NCBI GenBank assembly: GCA_973895155.1
Contig: OZ316897.1
Location: 3,876,211 to 3,940,210 of the forward strand
From: Marsupella aquatica
Taxonomy: Eukaryota > Plantae > Marchantiophyta
Direction of reading: 5' to 3'
Length of the DNA stretch: 64,000 nucleotides
The translations under genes and the position numbers were made by a program. The notes beneath the pieces were generated by a model, which did no database searches, was not told where the DNA came from, and saw nothing but the letters and a program-made list of their open reading frames with translations. This document shows, piece by piece, positions 1 to 15,100 of this stretch. Position 1 is the stretch's first letter. Each line of letters starts with the position of its first letter.

Positions 1-3000
1 CAACCTCTCGTATAATGCTCAAAAACAAAGCAGGACCGGGGAAATATTCTTGTGAAGGCACGTCACATCCCATATCAAACTGTACAGTACCTCACTAGCT
101 GCAGCTTCAAATCGGACATACAGGACAGATGTCTCTGCGCCTTCTGAGAGGGATATTTTGCTATTTCCACCAGTACTGTCTTTAATGGCTGCTTGCACCT
201 GAGTTGAAGACACCTCAATGGTCATCATGCAAATTAAAAGAGGAAAATCCCAAAACAGTTAATAGCTGCCCATCCCCGCTTTCGCGTTTAATAAATGCAC
301 TGCAGTGTCTGCAAAACAAAGACGAAGTGAACAAGGAGAATTCCTACTCTGAAAGAAGTAATGAAATACGATACCTGGGCTGAAGAATTTCTAAGCACGG
401 TGAGCACATGTGTACGAACCATCCCGAGAGCCCTAGACTGTGCATAACCACGAAGAGTCTCAACTCAATGCAACTTACGTGAACTTGGGCATCCGAGCGA
501 TGTAGATAAATATAATTGACAGTAATTCGCCCGAATAAATTGCGGAACGTCGCGCAAAGTCAACTGTTTTAGATCTCAAACGAACTTTGCAATCTTTCAA
601 ACAAAGAGCTCCGCCAGATATAGGTCATTTCCTGTCCCTTCGCAAAGACAACAATCTTCACGACCTCACCTACTGCTCATATTTAGGTCTACCTGCAATA
701 AGCTACATATAACCAGATTATTTACCTGAAGTTGTTGAAATTTAACCAGATAGACAGATGAATCTGCATACTGAGGATGACTTCCGACGTACCTGTGGCC
801 AGCAAACAATTATAAGTATGCACACAAACCAGATTCTTGAATTCTAGTTACTTGAAAACTACTGAAAAACACTAGGGCTCAATAAAATCGAAATTAAACG
901 TTACGTAATTCGTGGCTTTAATGGCATTCTGCAACCAAGGCGAGTTTGACTTACGAAAGGCATTCATCCAGCCGTTTTAATAATGGTAGAAAGCGAGGGC
1001 TAGCGACGCTCATACTCGGAGCATAGAACTGGTTCGCAATCTGTTGGATGTACAGCATTCTAAATTGTCAGCAGATGTCCAAAATTAGGTTAACTATGTT
1101 CCACTGTATCATGTTGAGAACCACCATTCAAATTTTGAGAAATGCTGCTCGAAAATCGAGGGAAAGTTGTTTAACACAAAAAGTTCCGAACTAAATGAAG
1201 TGAATGTTGAGCGAAGAGTGAAAGAGCGCAATGACAAAGACTCCCTCTTTATGACAAGCTGCTATTCTGCGATAGGACAAACTTAAAGACTACTTCGTGG
1301 CGATAAAGTCTTAAAAATTGATCCATTCACTGCAGATAGGAAGGTCTACGTTTTCCAGCTCATCGAAATAATTGAGCTTATTTCTCAAGGCATCTGCAAA
1401 CTCCACCAGCCTTTCCTTTTCCATCACCTGTCACCCAGACCAAGAAGGAAAGGTCACTCCCCGATGAGAATTCAAACCATGTTCTGAGCATATTCCCCAA
1501 ATCGTCCCCTCCTTTGACAATCTATGAGCTATAGATTACTTTGACAATCTATGAGCATTTTGAATGCATTAAAAAACATCACTCCCAGGATCACACAATC
1601 CTAACGATTCCGGAGAACAATCGGAGAATCATTTCTTGAAAACCATAGAAACATTTGGTCGGAAGTGCAGATAGAATAAAACCCCCACTCCGCTTATCTC
1701 TATTTACTAAAGACTGTTTTAACCGATTTGATGTTGCTATTTACAGTTAACGGAGAGGTGCTTGCTGCTTATATACATATCAGAACCATAAGCGGTGGGA
1801 TATCAGAAGAAAAGGAATTGATAAATAGGAACGCAAAATGTTTTCAGGCTCTCAATAAAATGTAGAATACAAACGTACCAATCTCTCGCAGGCATCATGT
1901 AGTGTCTTGGTTTTTATGGCAACTTCTTGATGTTGTGCTTGTAAATCATCGAAGCGAGATAAGGAACTATCTAGCTGCATCCAAGAAAGCACTGCCCTTC
2001 GTCAATTGTGAGTGACTGATAATCATTGGCAAAGGGAACCCCTCTAAGTAACGCAGTGAGTTGAAGTTGAACTTACAGATGAAACCGCAGGGTGAGGGAT
2101 GCTACCTGGCCAAGAATATTATCACAAGTTTGGAGTGATCCTGTCAGAGAGTTCACGTACTGTCTATACTTCTCTTCAGTCTGCACTGGCAAAACCACAA
2201 TGTACTAGTATATGAGATGTTGTTAATGACTTCAGACAGATTCTCCGCATTGAACGTAAAAATGAAGGACATCGGATCACGACACTGATAACAATATGGA
2301 GAGAAGAGTATTGACCTCTGTCTTCATGGCAGCTTCCAGATCCGTATGCCACTTGTAAAACTGCAATGATTCAAAACATTAAATTCAGCTTCCACCAGAA
2401 GTTGCATTAACTGAACACTTCGCTGCACTACACCAATCCTCAGTCAGGTACATACTGGAAATTGGAACTAAAGCTGCCTTACGAACGCGTCATACAAATA
2501 AAGGACCCGTCTTACCTGGTGACTGTTCAGTAAAACCAGCTCTGTCAACGGCTCTGTTGAGTCGGTGGAAGACGTAGATTGAGTTAGGTCTTTCCCGTTT
2601 GCAACATCTTTCACCTGCGAGCGAGAAAAACGTCTGTCAATTTAAAAATCAAGATCAGAGGAAAATCAAATTTCCAATCTGAGACTTGCAATTCTTCCTC
2701 GAATAATATGTTTCCAGTACCCTCCAGCAATTCAATATCCTACCGCTGTCAACGATTATTCCTGTAGAGAAGAGCGAACTGACCACATGAGCCGGTAGGG
2801 GATACTCAGCTGCCGTCAGCGCTAGCGCTCCAACAGCCGCTAGCTGCTGCTCTGTCAATGGCGCATTCTGCAACCAAAAGTCAGCACAATCGATTAGCTC
2901 ATTGACGCCAGCAGCCACATTTTCCTCCAATGGACTGTCAAGGGATATGCAGATGGATCAATAAATTACCTGCTCCCATGCCGAGGCAAAGCTGTAACCC

Positions 3001-3056
3001 CTCGACACCGCTGCAGATCTAGGAGGCAAAGTAGCAGCCGCACCGATGGTAGCCAT
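1..3056 (-). CDS. COG3: Conserved oligomeric Golgi complex subunit 3 (Sec34), multi-exon, 3' part outside window
   Basis: ATG at 3056. Exon 1 (2970-3056) reads [29 protein letters not shown] and the next exon reads [28 protein letters not shown], matching the plant COG3 N-terminus as I recall it. The last visible exon reads [34 protein letters not shown]. Many short GT-AG introns. Confidence 0.92.
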
Positions 3057-3915
3057 GATTTGCTGGAGACGACCAAGTCCGGAAGGACAATGGAATTACC
3101 GGAAAATTTATCACATTATTGCCATTACATATACTGCGGAACCCGTCCCTGGATCGGTCTCTACATATACGCCTCCAACTGAGAAATTCCAAAACAGCAC
3201 GTCCTAGTGAATGATCGAATAAAATTTAGATCCCGACCACATTAAGTGAGAGCTCAACCAGTCCACCAGAAGACCAAGGACAGGGATCCCAGGCGGCAGA
3301 ATCAGCGTCGCCTGACAACTCAAAGGGCGACCAAAGCTCACACAAGAAGACCTTAATACAGTCCATCCAACCGGCAAGCTTAACAAAGCTTAACAAATCT
3401 CCATTACCCTCCCGCAACAGAACGATTGCCGGAGAAAAACAAAGAGCAAGGGCAAGAAATACACACACCTTCCGGAATTCAAATGGGCCAACTCAACGCC
3501 GAGATGCCGTGATTTGAGATTCGACGACAGAGCAGAGAGAGCAGAGAGAGGAGGGTGATGAGTGCCCTAGTGCCGCAGCTGAGGAGCCAATTGACGAAAC
3601 TCCACGACACTTCTTGTAGCGCGAATCGACAGCAGGTGGAGGAGGAGGAAACAATCGATCACAGTGTGAGATCGATCGACGTGCGAGCGAGAGAGAGGGT
3701 GTGCACGAGAAATGCGAGAATGTGCAAAGCGGAGCAGACAGACGGATGGAAAACTGTGCTATCTGTGTTGGCACAATAAATAACCAGGCCCGTGACCAAA
3801 GGGGGTTTGGTCACAAAAGCTGAACTTTCTATATATGTTATGATCACATGTTCATAGTCACCACTAGTGAGTATTATACACCTCCATTTTATATCCATCC
3901 CCTTCATTTACCTTA

Positions 3916-3990
3916 AGTGTTTCCAAAGATTAAAAGAAAATATAAATTCTCAGTGTTTCCAAAGATTAAAAGAAAATATAAATTCTCAGT
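3916..3990. repeat. 36-bp tandem duplication
   Basis: agtgtttccaaagattaaaagaaaatataaattctc occurs twice head to tail. Confidence 0.85.
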
Positions 3991-6900
3991 ATGATTCTTT
4001 CGAAAGAAAAACTCACACTTGTTCAAAGATGCTATACATAAGTAGGTAACCATTTTCCCAACCAAGAAACAAAAAGAATTCAATAGCAATAAACATTCTC
4101 TAGAAAGAAACAAAACATTAAATGCTCTCTCTCATCTCCTTTTGTCTCATGCTATAATATGTACACATGTACAATACTATGGGGAAAATACTTTATTCTC
4201 CTCAATGATAAAGTCATCATGCCAAGAAATGAAACCTAGTTACAAAAGACAAAGTATAGTAGACCAATGTATTGAAACCAAAATATTGGGATTAAAATAT
4301 TGAAACCAAACCAAAGTATTTTGAGGCCATTTTTGGGCCCCCATCACATCTACTGAACTAAAGTTCAGCCAAATACCCGATTTTAATTACATTGTCACTA
4401 AATATATTTAAATTTAAATTTATAATACTGTCCTTTTTTTGTATTTACAAAAATACTATTATTTAATAATATAGTTCCCCTAGTTAAACTTGTCATCACT
4501 ATCCCAAATCATGGCATTTTTATAAATATAGAAAAAACTAGATTGTAGATTAGAACATCTTTAGTGGCAAAGCAATTAAAAATTGGGACCAATAATTGTT
4601 AATTTAGACACAACTTACATAATACTTTGTGCCTGTGAAATCTGGAGAAACCAATGCTCCCATGTTGGTCTTTTGAAACCCCCATGAACCACATTTACTA
4701 AAATTTGAGTTTAATTATAACAACTTGGTATTCATAAATTCACATATTTTGTTTTGTTTTGAGGATGTGAGAAAAATAATAAAGCTACACTTCCATATAA
4801 TGATAGTGAACATTTTGGTTAATTTATTCATCATGGAATGTAGAGGTAAATGTTTTTAGATGGATTTTCATTAATTTTCATTGTGTAATAAAAAATATTA
4901 GGTAGTCTTTACAGACCCCATTAGGGGTCCCTTGCAAAATTCCCTAGCATGAGGATGCGCCACATTAGTGAGGATGGTGACAAACAGGACGGAGCAGGTT
5001 TTTTGGAAAACAAAAAAGTCCTTGTCATGTTTGTGTTCATATTAGTGTAAATTATGGGGCGTCATGCCATAAGTATTAAGAGTAAATAAACCTAAATACA
5101 AAGAATGAGATGTAATTTTTTTTACCATAACTGTATTAATTAGTTACCTTTAGAGTATTTTAAAATTGTTTACTATGTAATTAGTTAGATAACTGTCTCT
5201 AAAATAACGTAAGTAAGTAACAGCTCATCCTTGATCCTCTCTTTTGATGAGAGAGATACCAACGAGAGATGATTGTGAACAAGGTACAGTTACCATTATG
5301 TCACATTATGTCAAAGAAACGGAGGAGCAATCTTCAACTGAGTTTTGATTTTGAATTTGAGTTGGAGGTGAATGGTGGATACCGTATGATCGTATAACTT
5401 GCACACACTTAAAGTTAAGAACCGTCACTGACTCAAGAAACGCAACATCAAAAAATGCCCACATCCCTTCTCAAGAGATGTCGCAATCCCGTCATGGTCA
5501 CAAACTTAGCCGCTGCAAATTGAGTTATTTGATTATGTCGTCATCGCTTGTCCGCAATGCTCGTTTCCCGGCTTGAATTGTTTGCACCCCTCCAGGCTTC
5601 AACTGAAGCTCACTCTAAACACAAGTTGACACCAAATGCAGCCTCTATGTCGAAGAAACAATCGCTGCTGTCCCCCTCACACCGGAGGTTTTTAAAATAA
5701 AAAAACTACAAAACTTTCATGTGAAGTGATGACTCGTCCATTTTGTGTGTTCTTCCCATTGAAACGACAAGCGCTCTTCCACCAACAGTTGAGTAATGTC
5801 TTCTTGTTTGTCTTGTGGCCATATTAATGCTCTACATAACTCACAAACTATCAATCAAGAATGGTAAAAACACGATTTCGCCAATGTGTAAGCCAAAACC
5901 ATAAAAAAACTCAATTCCTCGACATTCAACCTTCCGTTTGATAAACCAGAGAGATCATTTCAAGCAGATCGATCCCCTCTATCTTTCGAGTGTTCTCTTT
6001 TGTACGAGCACACGTACACCAAGACCACTGGGAGACTCAAAACCATTGGTACCGCCTTACTAAAAATTGATTTCATTTTGTCTCACATGCATTCCTTGGA
6101 TGAACGTGGGCAGATGAAATTTTCCAGTCCACAGATGAATTTTTCATGTCTACTCTTCTTGTAGGTGAAAAACTAAAAATTATTTTTAAAACTCAAAGTC
6201 ATCAAGTTATTAGCCTAAAACTCTCGTGGACCACCAAATGTGGTTCAGGATCTGAGCATTGAATGTGTCCAACATGATGGTCCATCCAGGCTTTGCTTTC
6301 AAAATCTGGAAATGAATTTTTTTCATCTAAAATTTAATAACATTCTAAGCATTATTTTGGTACAAACACTCTCTGAATTTTTTGGGCCCTACTAATAAGG
6401 TTTTGGGGCACATGTGAAATCTGAAAAGAATTTTGTCATTTACATTTCAGGAATATTGTAAGCATCCTGGTGTAAAACACTGACTGCTCTAGTAGCATCA
6501 GTAAATAACTTGAATATTATTCTCCTCTAGCTATCGTTTCTGTAAATAACTCAAATATTATTCTCCTGTTATTTATAAAAACACAAAAATAAATTAAAAT
6601 AATAATGTTTCATTCAGGCTCTGCACGATCGGGGATGCTCCTGTAGCAGTTTACCTTTAGGATGAGGAGGAAGGTGCCATGAAGGCAGAGGAGGACAATA
6701 CAACACAAGAAAAGCAAGAAAAGTAGAGAAGGACACTTGGTATTGAAGGGCTACCCTCACTCTACTTTCCATGAGTTCAAGTGAGATCTGATGGAAGAGT
6801 GCCCTTAGTGAGACCCAAAATTGAGACAATGGCTTCAAGAGCATCTCCTCCCTATAGTGTTTGTGGACCACCATTAGGTGACAAAATGTAGGCAAAGGTT

Positions 6901-8267
6901 GTGGCCTCGAGCACAGCCCACTCCCCCAATTATAGTCACTCCCACAAATTCCATAATTGTCCTGAGCTAGACTTTGAGCTGGCCATATTAGAGCACTCCC
7001 ACCTGTGCTTGCACAGTCCCAAACCAGTGCACAGTCTGGCTGTTTGAGAGCCAGTTTGCCACCCGTACATAAGGCTTCAGGTCGGGGTCTCATGCTCTTT
7101 TTCTTTCTGACATTAAATTTACCTCTTTGAAGGTGAAAAAACCAACCTGGATGGCATGCTATGTTGGTAATTATGCTCCCATGGACTGCCCAAACCCTCA
7201 GATTGAAGAAAATAAGCTAGGACCCCAGGCTTCCTTTTTTGCTCAGTGCAATGTCTGCTTGTTGTGGGCTGTTTGCAGTGCTTGTGAGTGTGTGCTACTT
7301 CTCTTACTGCTCCTGGAAATGTGGGCTTTTACGTATGTGGAGTGCTTGCAACTTTGCTCAAAGATGAAACACCCTGCACTTCCTGTTTGTGTTTGGACTC
7401 CTTGCAATGCTGCTTGAAATGCAATACCTACAATGCCTGTTTGTTTTTGAACTCCTTGCATGCAGTGCTGCTTGAAAGATGCAATACCCTGCAATGCCAG
7501 CTTGTTTTAATTTGGACTCCTTGCAATGCTGCTAAAAAGATGCAACAACACCTCAAAATAATGGGCAATTATAATGTGTAGAGTAACCCATGGCCCCAAG
7601 GGGATTACAACATGGCCCCTGATGGCCATGGTTTCACATTCAAGCATAGCCCCTGAGTGTACTTTTGGTCTATTTTGGCCTGAAAGTTGCCTGAATTTGG
7701 ATAACCATCGAGGCAGGCTAGCCATGGATTGGAGGCTAAAATCTCACAATCCCTAGCTGGGCCAGGCTGGCAAGGGGTTGTAGCTCTTAATTATTCATTC
7801 AAATACAAAGAGGAAACTACAGCAGGACTACCTAGGGCTAGACAGGGTTGAGAATTTAGAAGCCTCATTCACACTTACCTTGTTGCAGACGCAGCCACGG
7901 CCACTATCCTATCACAGCAAAGTTAGGCATTGGAGCATAATGTTTTGACATGACCTAGCTATCCATCCAAAAATCTACTATCATTAACTTTTCTTGACTT
8001 CTCAATACCTGGTGGTGTCAGCTTACAGAATCTCTCAGGACGAATGTGATATGAAATGCATATAGTTAGAAACAACAGTTATTTAAAAAATGTTCCTTTT
8101 CTAGGTGTATCATTTTAAGTATTTTGAGTTCATTTTGTCACCCCTCTTCACATTTTAGACTTTGCTATCCTAAGCATATACTTTACCACCAATTTTAAAC
8201 TTTTACCATTTGAGAAAAGAAGATTTACCTGTTCTCATGAGCCAGAAAAATGAATCTGAGAAGTGTG

Positions 8268-8389
8268 GACAACTAGTGTCTTAAGTTCCGCCATGATTAG
8301 TTTTACTAAACTTGTTTTGATTGAATTGACAACTAGTGTCTTAAGTTCCCTCATGATTAGTTTTCCTAAACTTGTTTTGATTGAATTGA
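8268..8389. repeat. 60-bp tandem duplication
   Basis: gacaactagtgtcttaagttcc...ttgattgaatt twice with a few substitutions. Confidence 0.85.
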
Positions 8390-8721
8390 TTGTCATTAGT
8401 GAGTATGTGACTGTACCTTATGTTCACAATTATTCAATATCTTTATTCCATTAGACTTTTATTTTTCCTGATCACTATGTGTATATCACTCTATTCATTA
8501 AAACCTGAATTTCTCCTGATAACTATTTCCTTGCTTGTGTCCTCTTTGTATCCCACTCATTGTTAAAAAATACTATTTTATTTGCATATATTATACTTCT
8601 ACTATTGTATTTTATTGTAAAAAAATTAGATCTCTTACACATATCAATATTAATATGACAAAAAAGCAAAGCACATATCATTAAAAGACAAAAAAAAACA
8701 AAGCATATGTTCCAGGATAAA

Positions 8722-8898
8722 CATGCTATAAATCTTGGTACGTAGTGAATACATGAGACCTGTGAAGTGGAGGAGTTCTTATTCAGCTCCAGACTGTAGT
8801 TTCCATCTCCATGCTATAAATCTTGGTACGTAGTGAATACATGAGACCTGTGAAGTGGAGGAGTTCTTATTCAGCTCCATACTGTAGTTTCCATCTCC
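8722..8898. repeat. 88-bp tandem duplication
   Basis: catgctataaatcttggtacgtagtg...gtagtttccatctc twice, nearly identical. Confidence 0.88.
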
Positions 8899-11800
8899 TT
8901 GGCCGTTGGATATTCTATGACAAGCCCGGGGAGTACTCATATTCCTCCCAACGCAACAATTTAAGGCTGACCTATGACCGGAGATACTGTAAAAGTGCCA
9001 TGATCTAAGATTCCAAGCGTGCATGTAGAGAACGTAGAATCAGTCAGATTTCGCGACAATGCCAAGGACGTAAGGTACGAACATTAGTGGTCCTCGAAGG
9101 TAGCATCAAGGAGACCTGTCTTTCTCTGAGCTCAATCGCTCTAAAGCCCCCCGTTACGTTTTTCGGCCAGCAATCCAGCATCACGATCCCAGTCCTTTAC
9201 TTAAACATCGAGAGGATGTCGATGCTACGGTACCACTGCTGAGCCTACAGTTGAATTCTGATGTCGAGTATCAGCAACACGTAAAATGCTAGTGAGCGCC
9301 AAGCAGACAGATTTCGAGGAGAGCAACACAGACAAGCTGACAGCTAGATTTTTAGAGAGTGACGGTATTGTAACCAGCAAATATAATTGTACACATGACG
9401 AGGCCGGGGTTTCACGAATGTGGATCTCTTTAGCCTGGCCATCTTGTAGACATCACAGGATTATAAAGAAACGTCATGTAGACGTACCGGTCTGGAGAGG
9501 GATGAGAGCAGCATCTAGCTCGAATGATACAGAGGGCATGCTGCATGCAGGAACTGAATGACGTGGTCTTCCGTCGTACGAGATGTTGCGGAAGGCTAGC
9601 CAGAAATGTATCAAAATGAAAACCCTCAGACTCCCAGATGTAAAGACTGATTCATATGTCATAGAATTCAATCAATTTAATTATTGAGTTCGTGCGGTGT
9701 GACCATGCACGCTGAAAAGAATCGACTGTCAATGCAATTTAGAGAGTACTTCGGATGGTACATTGACGATTTGACGGGATCGAATACATGATCGCCAGTG
9801 ATTTGGAGTTACAGAAGGGGGGCATTAATCTTGAATGGACTGGCTCGAAAAGTACGTAGGAGTTGAATTACTCTATATTTTTGTGCTGTCCACGATAATT
9901 TAGGTTGCTACCGTACTGACGGGAGTTCTATCATTCTCACTTCAAAGAGCAACCGCGTATTTAATTTGTTGTGGAGACTCACAAAATTTTAAGGTAAAAG
10001 AGGGCCTAAGCCAGGCCGTACTGTACATAGGCGATCGTGTCCGAGATAAATATTGTCAAATGATCGAAGCAAATCCAAGCTAAGGTTGTAATAACGGACT
10101 CATGATCACCGTGATGATGCTTGCAAAGCAAGTGGAGGCAAGGACAGGCCAAGAACCACGAAATCGTTCAGTGGAAGCCTTGGGCTCGAGCTGCATGTGC
10201 TAGGACTCCAGGCTCCAGCCGGAGAGAGTGGGAAAAAGAGGAAATTAAAGCAAGTCACTACAAGGAAGAGAGACGAACTTACAGAAGATGTTTTTAAAGT
10301 TCATGCAGCAAAAGGAACCTGGCCAGGAAGCTGGCATGGGAGAGTAATTGAATTCTGTATATAAATCTCTTTCGTTCTACTGCCTTAAGCCGATTGACAG
10401 GATAGGGCCTCATGAATGAATTGTTGTTTAAGACCTGAAGGGTTTCCAGACGAAGGGAGGGCTAAAGACTGCGTGGAATTAAGTTCTTCACGAAAAGAAG
10501 AGCAAGGGTGATAGAAACTCGAAAGGAAACGAGAAATCAGAACCAAAGCATTAATTTGAAAGAAGGTGATGTAGAGAGGAAGAGACGAACAAAAGTATAT
10601 ATAAAAGCCACTGATCGAGGAGAACAAGACTTTTGAAGGAAGGAGCCGTCTGCAAGGACCTGATTGAAGGAATTGAACAGCGCGCACCGAGACCAACCAA
10701 AACGAAGACTGAGGAAGTAGACCAAGACGAGGCTCAAGAAAGAAGAAGCGCACGAAAAGAAAAGATTGACCATCAGGCGGGTTCAGCCTTATCTCCCAAG
10801 AGAGCTTCGGTCCTCTTCAAGATATATCAAAAGAAGGGACCTGGCGACCTGCTAAGACCGGCTTCTGTGAAAGAAGAGATTGAAAGAAATCTGAGAGAGA
10901 GAAGAAAATGAAAGAAAGGATGAAGAACGACCTCGATCTGCATTGGTGGCCTTGGCTTGCACGAGCTCCCAGGCCACTTGTTGGCCATAATTATATTGCA
11001 TGGATCAATACATGATCTCTCGACCATACAAATTATCTTATATAGTTGTAAGTTCGTACGTATGCGGGAAGATCCAGGGATTCAGGGCAACGGAAAGAGG
11101 AAAATTGAACCAAAGGAACGGGGAAAGTATGGAAAGACGGGCCAAGAAAAGAGTTCTACGAGAGACGAGGGAAGGAGAGCGAGAAGAAGGAAAGGATAAA
11201 GCGTGGAGGCAGCCACGTGGGCATAACCGTCCTAAGTCCGTTGAAGCAGCGCGGGCTGGCTACCTCTAGCTCTAGGCAGGCAGTTACTGTGCAGCCCAGC
11301 CCAGCCCAGCCCAGCCTAGCATGCACACCGGGAGCTCAGAGCTAGCAGCTCCTTCAACCATCTCGGAAAGAGAGGGAGAAGAGAGAGACACAGAGAGACT
11401 TCGAATTGTTGTTGTCGTTGTTGTAGTTGTTTGGTTCCAAGGTTTCGCAACCGGGTCCCGGACTCCCTACGGCCAGGCTCTCAGGACTCCTCCTTCGACA
11501 CCTTTTGTACACCTCCAGCCCCTGAGTGTTCCTTATAATATACTCTGGTTTCCCTTCCGCCGATCTCTGCTTAGTCTCCTCACCTTGCTTAAACACGTCT
11601 CTGGAAGGAGCTGCTTGTTACCTAGCGAGCGGGCAGGACAATCTGTCAAGTGAGCTTGCTTTGCATGTGTGACGTGACGTTTCAAGCCGGATCGTCAGTC
11701 TCTCAGTCCTTGAGAGGGGGAGGATCTGCAGGATCGTAATTGAGTTGAATTCCGGAGCTAGCTGCGTTGGCTGGTTTGGCTTTATGCTCCCTAGCTTGTA

Positions 11801-12164
11801 GCCACTAGCCAGCGTAGAATTCTTCCTCCTTTCCCAGTAAGCAATGCCCAAGTCGAATTCTAAATTCAGAGGAGGCCATGTAGAAGAGTCGAGGGAACTT
11901 GACATTGTTTCGTTTACTCTCTTGATATCTAGATAGAGAATTGGGTTGAGCTCAAGCAGCAGCTGCTGCTCTAGAAGTACGGTTAACGGGGGAGCTAGCA
12001 AGACCTGACCGTGGATCAATCCATTGCAAGAGCTGCAAAGAAGAGAGTAATTAATAGTTGGGGGACGATCCAGATCGAGAGGCGACGATGCTGCAGGTGT
12101 TGATGGCTAGGTGATGGGGAGCGTGGAGCGGTAGAGGTAAGGCTGCTGCCAGCATGTGGGCAAT

Positions 12165-15100
12165 ATGGAGAGCAGCGCGCCCACCGCGTCGCCGTCGTTG
12201 AAGAAACTCAAACGTGAGGCAGCACAGCGCCGCAAGGCCCAAGCCCGCTCTTTGAAGCTCCGTGCTGACGAGCAAGAACGCTTGCAACGCCTGGTCATTT
12301 CCCTACTCAGCTCCATTACTCCATGCCTTCCATCACCAACACGTCCATCTAGCTAGCTCCACAACTTGCTCTCTTGGTATCCTAGGCCGTTCCAATGATC
12401 ATTCCCCAACTCTCCACAACAATGCTGGGCCGGAGAAGTAGCTACCGTATGTAAAATCTTACCGTGGAGTTCGTTCAGCACGTTGCCCGCATCATTTTCT
12501 CAGCATTAGCGATCGGTTGACATTCCCATGCAAGAGCAGGACTTTGATCACTGACGTAAATTGGTAAAAAGGTTAACGTAACCGTTCGAGCAGCTAGCTA
12601 CTCCCATGATCGAAATGGAATGTCAATGGAGAGCTAGTTTCGCATGATGGATGCCTATGCATGGTTCGCCGGCCGCTTCATCAGTCTGGCCACGAACGAG
12701 TGGACCACCCTTCATCCATCATCCTTCTTGAAACGTTAGAGTTCGATCTTGGCATGGCCGCACCAACACATTTTGAGGCTCATGGTTGTCTAATGAATCT
12801 CAACGACTTCGTCGACGACGAGTGACGAGTCCAACCCATCATTACTCGCTCCTAACCACCATGGTGTGCACACCGGTATACTCGTTGGTTATGCCCATGA
12901 ATCGGTCGGTAGTGGTAGTCTGAATCATTGCGTAATTAAGATATTTCAACCTGCCCCTGATTCTGTAGAAGCTGAGCGCGCCAAGTCCTGCCAGCTTGTC
13001 AAACCCCTGCCTGGATCTTGATCTGTCTTTACAAACGTCAGTCCTGCCCTTGTGCGTCTGAATGAATGAGGAGAAGATAGATCTACCGCTTTTTCCCTCG
13101 TGGCAGGGAAAAAGGGTTTCACCAAGTTACGGGTTCACATTCGCAGCATTACAATGTGGTGGACTTATATGTTTATAAGCCAGGGCTTTGAATACGCTCT
13201 TCTGCTAAGAACATAGACATGTGTAGTTAGCAGCTATGCGCACGTGCATCCCAGGTACATTTTGAAGACTTGAACCTCTATACGGTAAGCTGGATTGTAG
13301 TTCTCGATTGACTCTCCAAGACTCCGTGTAGAAATGCCTTAGGCCAAGAAGTTTCACCATGGCGACTGTGTCGATCTCTTATCGACAAAGTTATGGACAG
13401 TTTTCGATAACCACTAACGTCTCCATGCATGATGCGTAAATTGATCTTTCAGCGTCGATGCTTTAGTGCTTAGTACGCACCGGGGAATGCACACATTCAA
13501 TCCCTTGAGCTACTTTAGTTGATCTTCTACAGCTAGGTTGTGCATGCGTTGGACACTTTTCGAAACGTCCGGGGGTTCCTCGGGACAAATTTGTGATCGA
13601 AGTGGTACTTGGAATTCGTTCGCAAATGCATTCATGAATAAATATGTACAACACGAGATCTCACGATACTCCTCTAAAACGTCTAAGTAAAACTCCTTAA
13701 AGTTAAGTTCGTGGATATTTGAGGAAGACAATTTTTAATGCCTGAACAATCTGATAAATGAGTGTGCGTTCATGTGCAGGAAATTGACGCGTTAGTGGAG
13801 CAGCAGCGCCTTCAGCGATTGGAGAGGCAACGATGCGAAGAGCTCGCATCCGCTCGGGTGGTGCAGGGTTTAGCTGTTCCTTCAGGAGGAGGAGCAGCAC
13901 TTCATCAGCAGACTCACCAAGTCCTCTCGCAATCCCACGATGGTAAGTGCAAAACTTCGTCAAGTAGCAGCAACAACAACAATAGTCATAAGCCACAGCA
14001 GCAGCAGCAACAACAACGGGAGTCGAATTCGAGGGGAGGAGGGTCAACGTCGTGCATGTCGGACGGGGATCAGCAGCACAGCCTGCACAAGTCGAAGGCA
14101 GGATTGAAGAACTGTGGCAGCGATGCAGTAGGGGTTGGCGGGGGAGGAGGTGGGGGAGGAGGGTGGCGAGGCAAGGACTCTCAGCGAAGTAAGCACGCTC
14201 AGCAGCAGAGCATGCGTGCTGCCGTGGAGAGTCGAAGGCGGCTTGCAAGAGGGCCTCGAAGCGGGGTGGTGGCAGATGCACACCCCACTCTTCCATCGGA
14301 AGATCACCGTGTGGTGAGCACCGAATACCAGGCAGCAGGCACGCAAGCTCTGATGAGAGTCACGCTCCTGGCTGCTGGCTTTGTCATCGGTGCTCGGGGC
14401 ATCTCCGCGCGTTTGATCGGTCAAGTTACGGGCGCCATCGTCCAATCCTGGACAGAGTCTTGCCGCCCGGACGCTGTGCCCATCCGCCTCTTCCGCATTC
14501 AAGGCAAGAAAGCGGTCGTGCAGGCTGCAGTGGCGCTTATCGGTCAGGCTGTGGCCAAGTATAAGGATCTCTGCGATTGCAAACGGAGGGGAGAGTTTGT
14601 CCAGCGGGAGCACATCATCAATGGCGTGGAATTTTACTACCAGCCTCCTCCACGCAAAGCGTTCGCCCTCAATGCACCCGACCAACAGCAACAACAAGCG
14701 TGTTGCAGCGGCAGCGGCAAGCCTGTTGGTGGTGTTGTTGGCACGGACGAACTAACACCACCCCACGGATCCACTGGAATGGCGGTCGTGCAATCCGGGA
14801 CCGGTGCTGCGGGTGTTACGAATCCCGCAACACCGCCACAGCTTGCGTTCACACCTCACCATGTGTGGCTGCAGCACCTACAGGCACAGCAGCAGCAAAA
14901 GCAGCAGCAATTGCAAGAGCAGCAGCAACAATTGCAAGAGCAGCAGCAGGCTGTGACGTCAGGAGTGGTGGCCGGGGGAATGGTGGGGGACAACCGTTCA
15001 ATTGGTGGACGGCCACAGTCAGGTTTCTTTGATTGGAGGACTCAGCAGCAGCAGCAACCACAGGTGGTGCAGAATTCGACTCAGGCAAGAATTTTGCAAG

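Noticed and set aside
6614-7100. Gag-like remnant (also 30505-31143 and 33300-35700 as degraded retroelement fragments)
   Set aside because: Only scattered Cys/His residues; no intact diagnostic motif could be supported.
10385-11269. Cluster of short K/R/E-rich ORFs
   Set aside because: They arise from purine-rich upstream sequence; no splice-consistent model or domain.
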